Source of the DNA: Dipteris shenzhenensis
Taxonomy: Eukaryota
Reading direction: 5' to 3' (one strand)
Assembly: GCA_047967505.1 (NCBI GenBank)
Contig: CM106538.1
Length of the DNA: 64,000 nt
Both the position numbers and the translations under genes were made by a program. The notes below the pieces were generated by a model. It was not told the DNA's origin, did no database searches, and saw only the letters and a list, made by a program, of their open reading frames with translations. Position 1 is the stretch's first letter. Each line of letters begins with the position of its first letter. Shown in pieces: positions 38,751-53,694 of this stretch.

Positions 38751-41261
38751 TTGACAACTATAAATTGGCATGCATATCAATAAGAAAACTTATAAGAACT
38801 TTAGAGGCCATTACCCAAGAGTCAGCAGACATTTTAGAGAACACCTCGATAATAAGAGTTTGAGTTCCACAACAGCAAGATGGCTACAGATACGGTTAGA
38901 GAAAGGCCCTAAATGCCCAATCGTTATTGCATACAATTTTTAATTTGCCCTCATAAAATGTATGTATCAACTGCTTTTCATGATATATATAACTTTCATT
39001 TCTCATTCTACAAGATCTTACTTTATATTTTGCATTTTTTATAGATTCCACGATTAAGCGACTACTTTGACTTGGGTGTAGAGCTGTTCAAACAATATCA
39101 ACAACATCTAGAATTAGCCAATCGATGCCCCTATTGATTGGGTTCCCCCTGCTCCACGAATGTGGAGACCACCGCCTCCTCCATTCAATTTCGAAAGGGA
39201 ATTTGTTCATGATTTTGTATAAGTACCTCCTCACTAGTCTCTACCAACCATGTGTTTAGAGAGGATTACTTTATTTTTTTATTTCATATGTTTCATCGTA
39301 ACTTCAATTGTTAAGTTTTTTAAACAAAGTGAATAGGTGCCCACGTGAGTTTTCAGCGGTACTAGATTAAATGGGAAAAACAAGGGCTAACGTTAACCGA
39401 AGAATTTAAATATTAAGGTGGCGCATTCTGATGTTTTGTCGCTGTGTGAATCTTCCACAAAAACACGTACTTCATTAATTTTGGACCGAGCAATGTCCAA
39501 ATTAATGTTTCTTGGAGCAAACATTGCTATTTTTAATTCAATTATGATTCATAGGGCCAATAATGTGATGTAGAGCATTGCGTTTCATTTGCTTTCTCTT
39601 CACCACGGTGAAATAGAATATCCACATATCAAAATAAATACAGAATGTCACACAAGGCCGATGATTTACGTAAGTGCAAATCCCGATTCTCTCATACGAT
39701 GATTTACGCAAGTGCAAATCCTGATGTGCACAGGCCCTAATCGTCTCCATCCTCTCCCTTTCCTTCTCCATCCTCTCCCTTTCCTTCTCCATCTTCTCCC
39801 TTTCCCTCTCACATCCCCTCCTTCCTTCTGCCTCTTTTATTGTTGGCAATATCTCGTGAATATGGGATATGTATATTTTGCTGTATCAAGTTTCGAAGTC
39901 CGAGACTGGACTCTGGAGTAAGTTTACTGCGCGGTGCACCGAGAAATTGCGAGAATCACAATTGCGCGGCGCATCATATATGTCGTATCAAATGAGACGT
40001 GGGACCAGGAGAACAGTTTCCAAAAAGATCCATCACTCACAAGACGTGAATGTGATGTGTCTCTCGCTCCTGTCAAATCTACCACCTTGCATTACGACCT
40101 CAGTAGTCAGGTCCTCAGTAGACGGTGTGACGGTAGGCATGAACCTTTCATGCGTGGCGTGTTACCCGTGTAAGCGTGAGCCACTGCGCACCACTTAACT
40201 AGAATGAAGTGTTTTTGGACTTCAACGTAGCAAGGTAAATTCTGCTGCCAAACTCAGCAGCAGCCAGAGTGACGCAATTGTTTGAATTACGGACTAAAGA
40301 CAACTCAAAAGGAAAGAGATCAGACGTTAGGAGAATAAAAGCCAAATGACGATGCAACAGTGCGTATGTTTCCATTGAACGTACATGCGTACAAATAGCC
40401 CATCCGGGAGGGAGATGGTTGCAACTGATTTCATGCTTTGAATTCGCACACACCCTTTTACAACGTTTCACATCTCCTTCAATCTACTACTAACGTAGAT
40501 GAACATTTATTCTCCTCTATTTAACACAGTTGCGTAATGCTACGGTTATACAATACTTCAACAGCAATCAGAATTGTCCCCCCCACACAATGTGCCCCCG
40601 GAGTCACGATAATGGCCGGATACTCCCCGAGATAGAGAATCCTCGGGGTCGGAATGGAGTGATAGAAACTTTAGAGACTGGAGACGAATTCGTCCTGGCA
40701 ACGGAATGCCCACCCAAAGAAACTCTAAAGGAGACGGAACTCTCCTGGGAGTCGGATCAAAGCCTTTGGAGTCCAAAACAAGCATTGGACTAGAGTTTAG
40801 ATAAGTTTAGATAAGCATTGGACTAGATTTTGGAGGCCTTGCAGCAGGAGCTGGATCTCCGAACCAGTGTCTCCCACTGCCCTTTCCCGTACTGCATCCT
40901 TGGGTCACCAGTGGATGCATGAAAGGTCCCGGAGTGGAGACAACCAGTGGTACTATTGACGACTAACTTTTCAGCACTCTGAAATGGTTTTCATACTCGA
41001 AATTCAAATTCGATGCTATCGTGGTCATCAATTCGAAATGCAAATTCAAAGCTATCACTCTCATCAGATAGTAATAGGGAGCCAAATTTTTGTTTTTTAG
41101 CTTACCAAAAATAATTTGGAAGAAAGAAAACTCTGAAAGACACTCTTTAGGTGAGTGAGGGATGGTGGTACTAAGGCAATGTTCATCCAAAAAATGGTTC
41201 ACCAACAAGTTCTTATTTCTCAATATTCAAATGTAGAAAGTCTAAACCATTTGGAGAATGA

Positions 41262-41870
41262 GGAATGTATTAAGGTAGGTGCAAGTAATCATATGTCTCA
41301 TGAAGAAGAATGTACTTTTTAAATGCATTCGAATGAGAATTAAAAGAAAATGTAATCATGTCCCACACAAGATTGAAGAATAAAAAATATCCTGCTTCAT
41401 AGTGTTGAAAATTTTACATAGAGCATAGGAGATGCTGTATTTATTCCATCAATGGTTCAAAGCCTCTTATTAGTTGGCTCTTAGTTGGCCAAATGACTGA
41501 AAGGGAATGGTGCTAGATTTTAGAAAATTAGGTTGGATGATTTGAAAAATGTACAATCCACAGAAATTTATTGCAAACAAGTGTAAAGATTAGATAATAT
41601 TTTGAACTTTCAGTTCATCCATGCCTATCCAAAGAGACTTGATAGCATCTCATCAAAACCATGATCCTTACTTAAGCGCCCTATGGCATTAGAGGTTTGG
41701 ACACCTCAATTTCAAAACCTTGGTTTCACTCCAGCAAACAAACATGGTCTAAAGCCTTTCGTGTTTCATGGGAAATTCACAACATCAATCATTTCCCATT
41801 CTTGGTCAAGGAGCATTGACATACTCTAGATCATCCATTCTTATGTTTGGAGATATGCATGACCTTTATT
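41262..41870 (+). pseudogene. Copia pol remnant (duplicate)
   Basis: Same motifs as 25520-26128. Confidence 0.75.
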
Positions 41871-44800
41871 TACTAATACACATGGGCCCTATTCCGATGC
41901 TTAAGCACTAACGTTTAGCATGCGTGGGGCGCTAATCGTCAGTAACCAAAGTGGGATTCGTTAAGTGTCGCTATATAGCCAAGTTTAAAGAGCATCACTA
42001 TATAGCGACATTTATTAGACTTGTAAATAGTCGCTATATAGCGACACTTATTAGACTTGTGAATGGTTGCTATATAGTGACACTAAGACAATTTCCTATA
42101 GCGATGTTTTACAGAGTGTTTTTTTCCATACCGACTTTAAAAGATAGTTTTCCCCAATGACAAAATTTTTTTCCCTTTTCATACATGTTTGATCCTTTGA
42201 GAGAATAAAAGTACAAGAGCATGTACATCAAGCCTTTGAAGCTCATATATTCATGTCTAAGTTTGAGATGAAAAAAATCAATGAAGAGCATTGACATCAA
42301 CAGCTTCATCCTAAGCCAAGTTTAATGCACCAAACAAGTCTATCTCTAACTCTATACCGAGTTGATCTCCTATCATCATTGTACTCTAGCATCGTACATT
42401 CACCTAAGACTTGATCATCTTTCAATAAAGTGTGGTGATTCTTGATGATCGTCATCTTCTTCCTCAATATCGTGATCTCCATCTTCCTCTCGTACGATGT
42501 CATTATGTGTATCTTTTTCTTGGCTCATATTGTGATCTTTATCTTCTTTGCTAGATCCATCCGGATCAATTGGATCCAAAATTGGTAGTGGCATCTCCAT
42601 ATCCATGTCTCTATCTTCAAAAATTTGCTTACTTCATGGTGCAACTTGGATCACGTACCACCATCTTGGATCAAAACGATCCGGATGAAAAATCACCTAT
42701 ATTAAAGATGGGTGCCAAATGCCATCAATTATATATATGAAATTATGCTTAAGTACATGTATCAATGGATCTTAAAAAATGAAAGAGATGATTAATTAAA
42801 TCATTAGTATGCACCTCCTCACAATGCTCGGGAAGAACAAAAGCATCATTTTCATTGGTCCAAAGTTTGGTGGAGTCTATTGCAAAGAAACCACTACTGT
42901 CTTTTCTCACTATCGCATGGGGACCATTGTAAATAGTTCTAGACCATTTTACATCAAGAATGAAAATACTAAATTATCTGAAATCAATTTCATAGATTTT
43001 GTGTGTGGTTCCACAATAATCCAACTGTGAGGAGAGAAGATTGGTATCCAAAGCACTTGCTCGGCTATCTTGTGTGAAGTTAGCCATGACTTCACAATCA
43101 TACATGACTCTCTTTGAATCGATGCATTTCACGCGAAAATGGCATCCATATGACCATAATGCACTATACTTTTTGTACTGCAAAAGAGCATCATTAAAAC
43201 AATGAAAATGGCCACCTCATCAACTATGTGCACAAGCAAGTGCACTTGAGTTGTCTTAATGCTCGAGGGAAAGTGCTTCTTAAGCAAGCGTACGGCTTCG
43301 ATGGATTCCATCATAGCCTTCTCGATGCTCGATATAGAGATCTGTTTTTGAGATATCCACCTATTTCACATGCCCATGTAAGATATATTCATAATCAGTC
43401 TAGAGACTATTCAACTTAAATTGAAGAAAATGCAATCAATGCGATTTGATAGTAAGCACACCTCACAATACCACTGATTTTGAATATAGCATTTCTACCA
43501 TCTTCTTGTAATAAGTACCCTTTTATTGTAATTAGAAGAATGAACTATCAAAGCAACAAAGAAGTCATGTCAATAATATAACATAATCATAATTACACTA
43601 ATGCATCACGATTATCAGTACACTAATCCTACATTAGAATACCTGTAAGACCTTGTGCCAATCATGGGAATCCTCAATGTGCCATCAGTGGACCGATGAG
43701 ATGTATGCCAAGTCATCAACTCTGCTATGGATTTGCATCGGAACATGTGTTGTATTCTTGCAATGATGGGAAAGTGTCTCAAGACCTTTACCGGTATCTA
43801 CTCACCTTGCAAGTCATCTCTATATCGTTGTTCCCCACACTTCGGACAACTAGCTAAATCTCCATGCTCATGACGATGAAAGAGAATAGAGTCATTATGG
43901 CAAGCATGGATGGTATCATAATCCATACCCACAGTTGTTAGCATCTTCTTTGCTTCATCTCTTGATGTGGGCATGATATTTGGTGTAGGCAACATCTTCT
44001 GGAGTAACCAATCACAGTTCAAACATACATAGGCTTGGAATAATGATGATTCTCAAACATACATGATGATTCTCACCTCTCTTTTTCGTTTTCCCCTTTT
44101 CTTTCTCTTTTCCCCTTTTCTTTCTCTTTTTCCCTCTTTCAAAGCAACAAAGAAGTCATGTCACTAATCCTACAGCTTAGAATACCTGTAAGACATTGAG
44201 CAAGCTTAGAATCCTACAGCCTAACATTGAGCAAACATTTATAGACTCCTGCATTCTTTAAATTAGAGTGATAGAAGTCTGTATCTATTTGCTCAATGGT
44301 AGGCTATTAAAGCTTCACATGGGAAAAAAGAGAGGAGAAAAGAGAGAAAAAGAGAGGAGAAAAAAGAGAGAAAAAGAGAGGAGAAAGAGGAGAAAAGAGA
44401 GGAGAAAAAAGACAAAAAAAGAGAGGAGATAAGAGAGAAAAAGAGAGAAAGTGAAAAGAGAAAAATTGGGGATAAAAGAGAGAAAAAAAGAGAAGGAAAG
44501 AGAGGGGAAAAGAGAGGAAAAGAGAGGAGAAAAAAGACAGAAAAAGAGAGGAGATAAGGAGAAAAAGAGAGGAGAAAAGAGACGAAAACTAGAGAGGATA
44601 AAAGAGAGAATGACCAAAGAAAGTCACAATTTAAACATACATAGGCTTCAAATAATGATGATTCTCAAACATACATACATGATTCTCAAAACATACAATA
44701 TCCAAATAATGAGTCAAATTAATGCACGATCTAACCTTATTAAGGCCGAGACACTTGTATCTGACCACCGATATTTTGCTTACAGATTCAAGATTCAGAG

Positions 44801-45600
44801 ACAAGCCTATAGTTTAGACATCCTAGCACCCTCGTTCAACTATGTTGATTGCAACTCTCGCATATTGACCTCAGACTCTGACATCACGTGTACATGTGAT
44901 GTAGTGTCCCTAAAAATAGAATCCATCATGTCCCCATATCCTCGTCATCATTTGGCACATCCGGGAGACTATAGTCTTGCTCAAAGTGTGAAGGTATATG
45001 GGCACCCTTGCCACCCTCCTCATCCTGTCTCAAGATTTTGTATAAATATAAGATCTTATCCCAAGGTTTCGTGTCATAATGGTATCCAATATTAATCACA
45101 AACTCAAATAGCATTGACTTACCGATGATCCATCACCACGTGCAACACCAACAATGGGTACTAGTTCGGACTCCTCCCTATACATCCGCAAGCGGCACAT
45201 GACAATATGATGTTGATGTCGTACTTCTCGCTTGTAATGAGTGCAATGACAATACAACCTCTCCGTAAGCCACTCTACGCTCTCAAGCATTGGCGCATCA
45301 TCTGACGAGTTTCCACTCGTCCCTTCCATCTGCACACTTCCAAAATCACAGCATGAGCTACAAGGAAATCTATTAAGATCCAAAAAATAGCCACCCATGA
45401 GCTCCTTTTCTCTCTTGTGACAATAAGTGCCCTTAACCGTCGCTATATAGCGATGGTTTGCCCTGAACTATTGCTATATAGCAACGCTTTGCCTTGTTCC
45501 GTCGCTATATAGCAACGCTTTTTGGATAAATGCCGCTATATAGTGACTGACCAGCATTGCTATACAGTGACTGACCAGCGTCGCTATATAGCGACGCTGA
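41871..45600 (-). mobile_element. CACTA family-B deletion derivative (duplicate)
   Basis: Paralogue of 26129-30460 with an additional ~600-bp deletion. Confidence 0.8.
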
Positions 45601-46234
45601 GGGCTTAAACCCAAACCCTCGCACGATGCCGTCTTTCACATGTCTATTGCAAGAAAAAAAAATTCTTCTCCCACCTTATATTCGATGACCTCGCTTTCTG
45701 GCTCCTCTCTATTCCCCACTCCTCACCCCTACCCAGCCCCTCTCCCAACACTTGTGCTCCCTTTCCACCCTTCTCCCTGTCTGCTTGTGTGAATTTTGAA
45801 AGAAAGGTTTTTAAGAAGGTGGGTCTCTTAAACAATGTAGATTCATTTTTTATGAGATTTCATTTTGTGAGTGTTGAAGCATGTTTGTCCTTTTATTTCT
45901 AAGTCTATGTGCTAATTTTCATGCTTGATTTTCAAAGCTTAAGGACAAAAAAAGAGATTTGGTGAAAGAAAGAAGACTCACCTCTTCTCTTTTTGGTATT
46001 TCTCTTCCTCCTCTTTCTCCTTGTTTGTAGGGTGATGCTTTCTCCTTGTTTGTAGGCGTCTCCAAACTCATCCAATCCCTTTGAAAAGTTGCTCCTCCTT
46101 CCTCTAACTAGTTATCTGAAAAAATGGTATGTTTTCTCTTTTTTGTAGGGCCGCCAAAACACGAAACACGGTTCGAGACTTTTCTCTTATGCATATGCTT
46201 TCCCTCATATGCATTGTGAGTAGGTGCATACTAA

Positions 46235-46957
46235 TGAATTTCTCCATTTGCTCTTCGGTCATCTTTCTTTCAATCCCTTTTCCTTGAGGGACCTCGCCAA
46301 TGGTGCGATCATCATCCTTGTTGTGCCAAGCTTGCGGCATATCAGGATCCGTGGATGCAAGAAACTCTGTGATATATACTAATGACTCTTGCACAAGCCA
46401 TCCCTCTACCATGCTTGCTTCCGGTCTTGCTCTTTGTCTTACAAACCCCTTTAAAGTTTTCATAAACCGCTCGAGAAAAAACATCCATGGATTATGAACG
46501 GTACCTGCTATAGCCACCTCATCAACTATGTGCACAAGCAAGTGGACTTGAGTTGTCATAATGCTTGAGGGAAAGTGCTTCTCGAGCAAGCATATGGCTT
46601 CGATGGATTCCACCCTAGCCTTCTCGATGCTCGATATAGAGATCTCTTTTTGAGATATCCACCTATTTCACATGTCCATGCATATGTAAGATATTTGAGA
46701 TATCCACCTATTTCACATGTCCATTAAGAAAATACATAATGCGATTTGATAGTAAGCATACCTCACAATACTACAGATCTTGAATATAGCATTTCTAACA
46801 TCTTCTTGTAAGCACCCTTTTATTGTAATTGGAAGGATGAACTATCAAAGCAACAATGAAATCATGTCAACAATATAACATAATAATAATTACGCTGACG
46901 CATCACTATTATCGGTACACTAATTCTACTTAGAATACCTGTAAGACCTTGTGCCAA
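46235..46957 (-). pseudogene. CACTA family-B transposase fragment (duplicate of 31093-31815)
   Basis: ORF 46104-46613: HLLVHIVDE..WMFFLERFMKTLKG. Confidence 0.88.
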
Positions 46958-47269
46958 TTACACTAATTCTCTTTTTGGTATTTCTCTTTCTCCTCTTTCT
47001 CCTTGTTTATAGACTTATGTTTTCTCCTTGTTTGTAGGCTTCTCTAAACTCATCCAATCCCTTTGAAAAGTTGCTTCTCCAAACTCCTCCTTCCTCTAAC
47101 TAGTTATCTGAAAAAATGGTATGTTTTCTCTTTTTTGTAGGGCTAGGCCACGAAACACGGTTCGAGGCTTTTCTAGGTAAGAAAGTGCTTCCTATTTTTC
47201 CCTTTTGTTATTTTCGTTATTTGCATTGGCCTACAGCTAACGCCTTAAGCGTTAGCTGGAGTGATGGGC

Positions 47270-48380
47270 ATAGGCACCCTCTCTTTCCCTCTCTTTCCCT
47301 CTCTTCTCTTATTCCCTCTCTCTTTTTCTCTTATGCATATGTTTTTCCTTCTCTTATGCTTATGCTCTTTTCCCCTCTTCTTTTTCCCTTCTTTCAATCG
47401 CTTTTCCCCTCTTCCTTCTCTTATTTTCCACTCTTTTTTCCTCTCTTTTTCTCGTCTTTTTATAAGCTCATAAGCACAATCTTATGCTTTCTCTCTTTTT
47501 CTCTTATGCTTATATGCTCATGCATAAGCATAAGCATATGCTGTCTTTCTTTTTCTCTTATGCTTATGCTCTTTTTCCCTCTTCCTTCTCTTATGCTTAT
47601 GCTCTTTTGCTCTCTTCTTTTCCCCCTCTTCCTTCTCTTCTTTTTTCCTCTTCTTTTTCCCCTCTTTCAATCTCTTTTCCCCTCTTCCTTCTCTTATGCC
47701 TATGCTCTTTTCCCCTCTTTCAATCTCTTTTCCCCTCTTTCGATCTCTTTTCCCCTCTTCCTAAAGTCTCTTATGCTTATGCTCTTTTCCTCTCTTCTTT
47801 TTCCCCTCTTTCGATCTCTTTTCCTCTCTTCCTTCTCTTATGCTTATGCTCTTTTCCTCTCTTCTTTTTCCCCTTTTTCGATCTCTTTTCCCCTTCTCCT
47901 TCTCTTTTTTTTCCCCCTTCTTTTTCCCCTCTTTCAATCTCTTTTTCCCTCTTCCTTATGCTTATGCATGAGCATATGTCTCCTCCTTCTTCTCTTCTTT
48001 TCCTTCTCTAATGCTTATGCTTATGCATGGGCATATGTCTTCTTCTTCTTCTCCTTCTCCTTGTCCTTTCCTTCTCTTCTTTTTCCCTCTCTTTCTCTCT
48101 TCTTTTCATAAGTATATGCCTATGCCTATGCCTATGCTTATGCTTATGCTTATGCATGAGCATATGCTCATATGCTTATGTATAAGCATAAGCACATGCT
48201 TTCTCTCTTTTTTCTCTTATGCATATTTGGTTCTTTTTCCCTCTTTCAATCTCTTTTTTCCTTTTCTTTGTCTTCTTTTCCCCTCTGCTTCTCTTATGCT
48301 TGTCCTTCTCTTTTGCTTCTCTTATGCTTCTCCATCTCTTATGCATATGCTTTCCCTCATATGCTTTTCGCTTCTTACTT
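47270..48380. repeat. CT-rich tract with (CTTATG)n
   Basis: Paralogue of 32130-33240. Confidence 0.9.
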
Positions 48381-48611
48381 GCTCTTGTTTTCTGTATTTT
48401 GTTTTCGTGTTTGTGTCTACGTTTGTCCAATCCCCCCAAATTAGATATGGGATCACGTCGCACGTTCAACGAGTACAAAAACCCTCATAGGAGGAGACAT
48501 CATGATCTCTATTCTCCATAGGACTTTGATTCCACTCAGGCGACACCTCAAGGGCCTACCCTTGCGACTACCCCTAGCTCGACTCCTCTCGGACATAGCA
48601 CTGTAACTACC

Positions 48612-48991
48612 CCTTGATGGTCATAGGGGAGTGGTTCCTACTAGCCCTCATGACTTCATTCATTCCATATTGTGTACATGAGATGGCAATGCTTTATTCC
48701 ACTCCCTTGATTGTGAGGAAGGCAGGTGTACTTTGTGTGGTGACTTTGCTAGAGTGCCACGAGTTGCACTTGATACTTGTGACATGCAGATGGTTCGTTG
48801 GCAACAGTATGAGTACAATACCCTAACATTAGATGGTGGTGCACAGTCGAGGAGGTTGCAGCTTGTGGGGAAGGAGACACCACGTGTTGTATTCATTGAC
48901 AATTTTCGAGGGAAGCTATACTACTACATACACCACTCGCACACTGCGAAGTGGGAGGATCGTCAGTTGCGTGCATGTTTGAGGACATTTC
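48612..48991 (+). pseudogene. Sola2-like transposase upstream segment
   Basis: CEEGRCTLCGDF...VRWQQYEY...AKWEDRQLRACLRTF, ending at ATTTC where the LTR is inserted. Confidence 0.65.
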
Positions 48992-51588
48992 TGTTGAGAG
49001 ATATGGTGCCATGAGCACATAGATTAAAGGGCTAAGGTATGGTATAAGAAAGAATTAAAGTAGCCACCCTAGGATGTGGACTACATGATGTGGAGATGTG
49101 GATTGAGGATATCCACAAGGAGAGATGTGGATGAGAGGATCACACATGTGTTGACTATTCAAAGGGGAGGATTACCAAAAAGCGAGCGAAGAAAAGCGAG
49201 CAGCCCCAAATAAGCGAGCAAGATTAAATAGGTTTCAAGCGAGCGAGAACCTCATCCAGCATCTTATTCCTCTCAATATCATTGGAACAATTGATGTGAT
49301 CATAAGCAAATTAAACATATTCCAACAATGAAGGCATGCCTGAAACTCACAATTAACTTCTCTTTCATCCCCATACTATCAATTTGAGTCGTTGTGGAGA
49401 GGTAGAGACACAACAATACATAAAATTTGCGATAAAAAAAGCAAACACTACTTAGATTGAACATCCACACAGCAAGATAATGATAGATCACAATGTAGAA
49501 TATATGACTGAAAATATGTAAACATGATCATGTGCTACATATACATATCATGTCTTTTATGCTTGCAGAAGATCATCCATACATTCGATCCAAAAACATG
49601 GAAACAGAACTAACTATGTCAAAAGAAAAAAAATACATTTTCATCATAAGGATTAATTTTGCTTAGTGAAAATACCTATGTAATCTGGACAATACCATGC
49701 TTTAAAAAACTTAGGGAGCCAAAAAAGGATTTTAGCCCTCCTTATTTCTATTATGACCAATGTCTGAATGATAGTTCTATTGGAACTAGAAATGAATGCA
49801 TCTAACCACTATGTTGAGTGCTCATCCAGTATCCTATAGACTATTATGTTAAAGTCAATACGTGACCACAAACTCAAGCATAAGAGGAGCATGATTCAAG
49901 TGAAATAATTGGCAAAGACACTCGGTAACTAGTATCCTACTGCATCTAACGAAAAATATGCACCAGGCATTAACAAGCTTTTATTTCAACCCATATAAGC
50001 AAACTCGTATCTTGTAGTATGAAAAACTTTAAGGAAAACATTTCACTTAATGCATCAGTTAAGCCAGTGACTACTCATCATGCACAATCAAACAATCATC
50101 AAGGAAAGTCTAGTCAAGCAAGTTGAAGCAAAAAACCAAATATCTATTCGGATCTATGCCGTGGTGTATCCGCCAACCATGAGTAGCAAAAGAACCTATG
50201 AAAAAAGCAAAATAGGGATTATGCCACTCTACCATGATCACTTCCATGCTACAAATAAGGGAATACATAGTCATTTTAGGGTACTTTTAGGGTTCATTCC
50301 CAACCACTAAAAAGAGAGCCAATGCTATCTATTTGTATTCATAAAATCTTTATGAACATTATCATGTTCAATATAAGGATAGGAGCGAGCTCAATGGGTA
50401 GTCTTAAACAAATATAAATACTATTCAAATTTTAACCTTATGCAAAAGCTTTTTTTTTAACACAAAGTAAAACTTGATTATACATATAGATGGGAATCAG
50501 GTCACCATTGTAAGTATGTATTTAGTAATTAAGTTGAAAATATTCCCTTAGAAAAATAGCTCAATCAACATAGTACCCATATTATATATCCAAAATTTAC
50601 AAGATCTCATTCATACCATTAGATTGTTTTCATCACTTGTCATCAGTACTAACCTCAATTGGCATTATGTATTTGGGTCAAAATAGTTTTTAGTATAGGA
50701 TATAATGGAGCAATACATTTATGTAATATCTAGTGATCATAGTTTCTAATATAGGATAAAATGGAGCATAGAGTAATGTTGTCATTCAAAAATGATAATA
50801 TACCTTCCTTGACCATCTACAAGTATCATGCATTCATAAAAAAAGTTAGTCATAAACTGCAATATAATGTGCCCATAATGCATGTACATTAAATCTTCAC
50901 ATGTTAGAATGTGAGAAAGGGAATAATTTAACTATGAAATCAGGGATCAATGTAGGAAATGGTCTTCTATGCACACATATATGCTAAGGGTCCATCTAAT
51001 ACAATATTGGAAATTGATGTGAGTATAAGTGTATGCATCCATCGGTGATGTATATGAGTGTATGCATCCATTTGTGATGTATATTGTTGTACTAATCCAT
51101 GGTGCTTTACGGCTTGAGTTGTTTGTAGCGCAATTAATCACAACAATTTTGTATTTTTTAAAAGAAAAATGCCATAAACATTTCATGCTGCAAAATACAC
51201 ACAAAAAAATGGCATTTGTAGCATTAATCCAAGCATTTCCTACAAGCAATCTCCATCCCTCCCTTTCTTGCTTACTCTTTCGGCCACCTCCACCCTCTTG
51301 TTGCCCTTCAAGACTGCCTCTTGCCTCCTCGCCTCCTTGCTTCCTCACCTGCTCACCTCCTTGCTTCTTTGCCTTCTCACCTCCTTGCATCATGCTTGTT
51401 GCTGGCAATTCCAAGGCTGTCCCTCCCCTCATTGGCCAGCTCCTCTACTCCTCACATCATCCTTCTCCTCATTTTGGTGTCTCTAATGAATAGCTTGGGG
51501 GTCTTGTTTTTGGAGGGGGGAAGCATAAGAATGGCAACACCTTAATGCGCTGTCATTTTTCGTGCTTTTGCCACCCAAAAACAAGACC

Positions 51589-51705
51589 TGCAAAGCCCTT
51601 GCTTAAGCTTGAATGAGCCTCTTGATTTTGGGCGTGTTAAGCCATTTTTGACCATTATACCCCCAAAATCAAGAGGCTCATTCAAGCTTAAGCAAGGGCT
51701 TTGCA
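51589..51705. repeat. Perfect 44-bp inverted repeat with 29-nt spacer
   Basis: TGCAAAGCCCTTGCTTAAGCTTGAATGAGCCTCTTGATTTTGGG (51589-51632) and its exact reverse complement (51662-51705). Confidence 0.93.
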
Positions 51706-52339
51706 AGCATTGCAAGTCCAGTAAATGAAATCAATCAGATTAGGAATTGGCAAACTCAATTTGGGAATGGTCAGAAATACTTTGTCTTTGAATAATGCCT
51801 TGGATCATGGGATGGGGTCCCATGAACCTGCTGCCTATGACGACGAATGGTTCTGCCCTCGACTAAAGGTGACGTGTGTAGTAGTAAAAGGATAGCCCTC
51901 ATGGAATCTCTAAGGGGTCTTGATTTTGGCCATGATTTGCACATTCTAGCACTTGAGCCATATATCAATTTCCAACACTTGAGGCATATAGTGGCTTTGC
52001 CCACGCAATGTTTCCAGCTGCAATCCAAGCCTCAAGCAATCTCATATTCTGTATCCAGAGACATCATGAGGGGTAGAGCCTCTTTTTGGTAGTCTCACTA
52101 GCAATATGTATTGAAAAAAAAATGTATTCAATTATTATATTCTTCCTTGCTATATGAATGCTCTTAATGCATCCAAATTGTAGAACTACTTCAATACTAC
52201 TTCTTAGTTATATTGTATAATAACCTCCATATGTATGCTCGTGAGACAACAAAAAAGAGACCTGGCAACCCAAAAATGATAGTGCATTGATGCGCTGCCA
52301 TTTTTGGGCTACTAGGCCTCTTTTTTAATGTTTCCTGAA

Positions 52340-52972
52340 CATAAGAACAAGCACTTGTGTTCCTTACCTTTCTTTCCAATGGGGGTTTTGATTTTGGGGG
52401 TGTATGCCAAAAATTGATAAACAACATTATTTGATGCATATAGTTTTATTAAATCGATAAAATGGGCATGAAAACATCTAAATTGGCTCTTGCCATTTGA
52501 TTTGATGTATGACATGACCCCATTTGGATTTGTAATTCCAAAGATATGGGGTCTTACTTTTAGGGCTTGAATGCCTAAAATAGGCAGCGCGCCAATGCAC
52601 TGCCTATGTCATACATTTAGGCCTCAAAAGTAGGACCCCATGTAGGACCAAATGAGGTCCTACTTTTGAGGCCTAAATGCATGAAATAGGCAGCACATTG
52701 ACAAGCTACCTATTTCAGGAATTTAGGTCCTAAAAGTAGGACCCCGTATCTTTGGACTTACAAATCCCAATGGGATCATGTCCTATATCAAATCGAACGA
52801 CAAGAGTCAATTTAGATGGTTTTCATGCCCGATTTCTCCATCAATCAAAACTGTATGCATAAATATATACATCAAGATATGCATCAATATATGCATCAAT
52901 ATATACATATGTATGTATGTATATATATATATATAGATACATACATACATACATACATACATGTGTGTGTGT

Positions 52973-53003
<31 letters not shown>

Positions 53004-53648
53004 CACATATAGATATATATGTATGTATATACATACATATATACATACTTACATACATACAGCAAAATGGGGGTCTTGATTTTGGGGGGGGTATGCCAAA
53101 AATTGATAAACAACATTATTTGATGAATATAGTTTTAGTTGATGGAGAAAATGGACATGAAAACCATCTAAATTGGATCTTGCCATTCAATTTGATATAT
53201 GACATGAACCCATTCGGATATGCAAGTCCAAGGATACGGGGTGCTACTTTTAGGGTCTGAATGCCTAAAATAGGCAACGCGTTAACGCGCTGCCTATTTC
53301 ATGCATTTAGGCCTCAAAAGTAGGACCCCATTGGCAACACAATGGGGTCCTACTTTTGAGGCCTAAATGCATGAAATAGGCAGCGCGTTTGTTGCCAATG
53401 GGGTCCTACTTTTGAGGCCTAAATGCATGAAATAGGCAGCGCGTTAACGCGCTGCCTTTTTCAGGCATTCAGGCCTTAAAAGTAGGACCCCGTATCTTTG
53501 GACTTACAAATCCAAATGGCGTCATGTCATATATCAAATCAAATGGCAAGAGCCAATTTAGATGATTTTCATGTCCATTTTCTCCATATATCAAAATTGT
53601 ATGCATCAATATATACATCAATATATACAAATATGCATCAACATATAC

Positions 53649-53694
<46 letters not shown>

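Larger units (their letters stand above)
38474..48570 (+). repeat. Segmental duplicate of ~22730-33432
   Basis: Collinear and near-identical (compare ORF pairs 24457/40199, 29306/44451, 31974/47116). ~600-bp deletion at ~43207. Confidence 0.95.

Noticed and set aside
51771-52100. Minus-strand Cys-containing ORF (ICLKCWKLIYGSS) as a transposase remnant of the MULE
   Set aside because: Too short, has stops and no catalytic motifs; would need a profile search.
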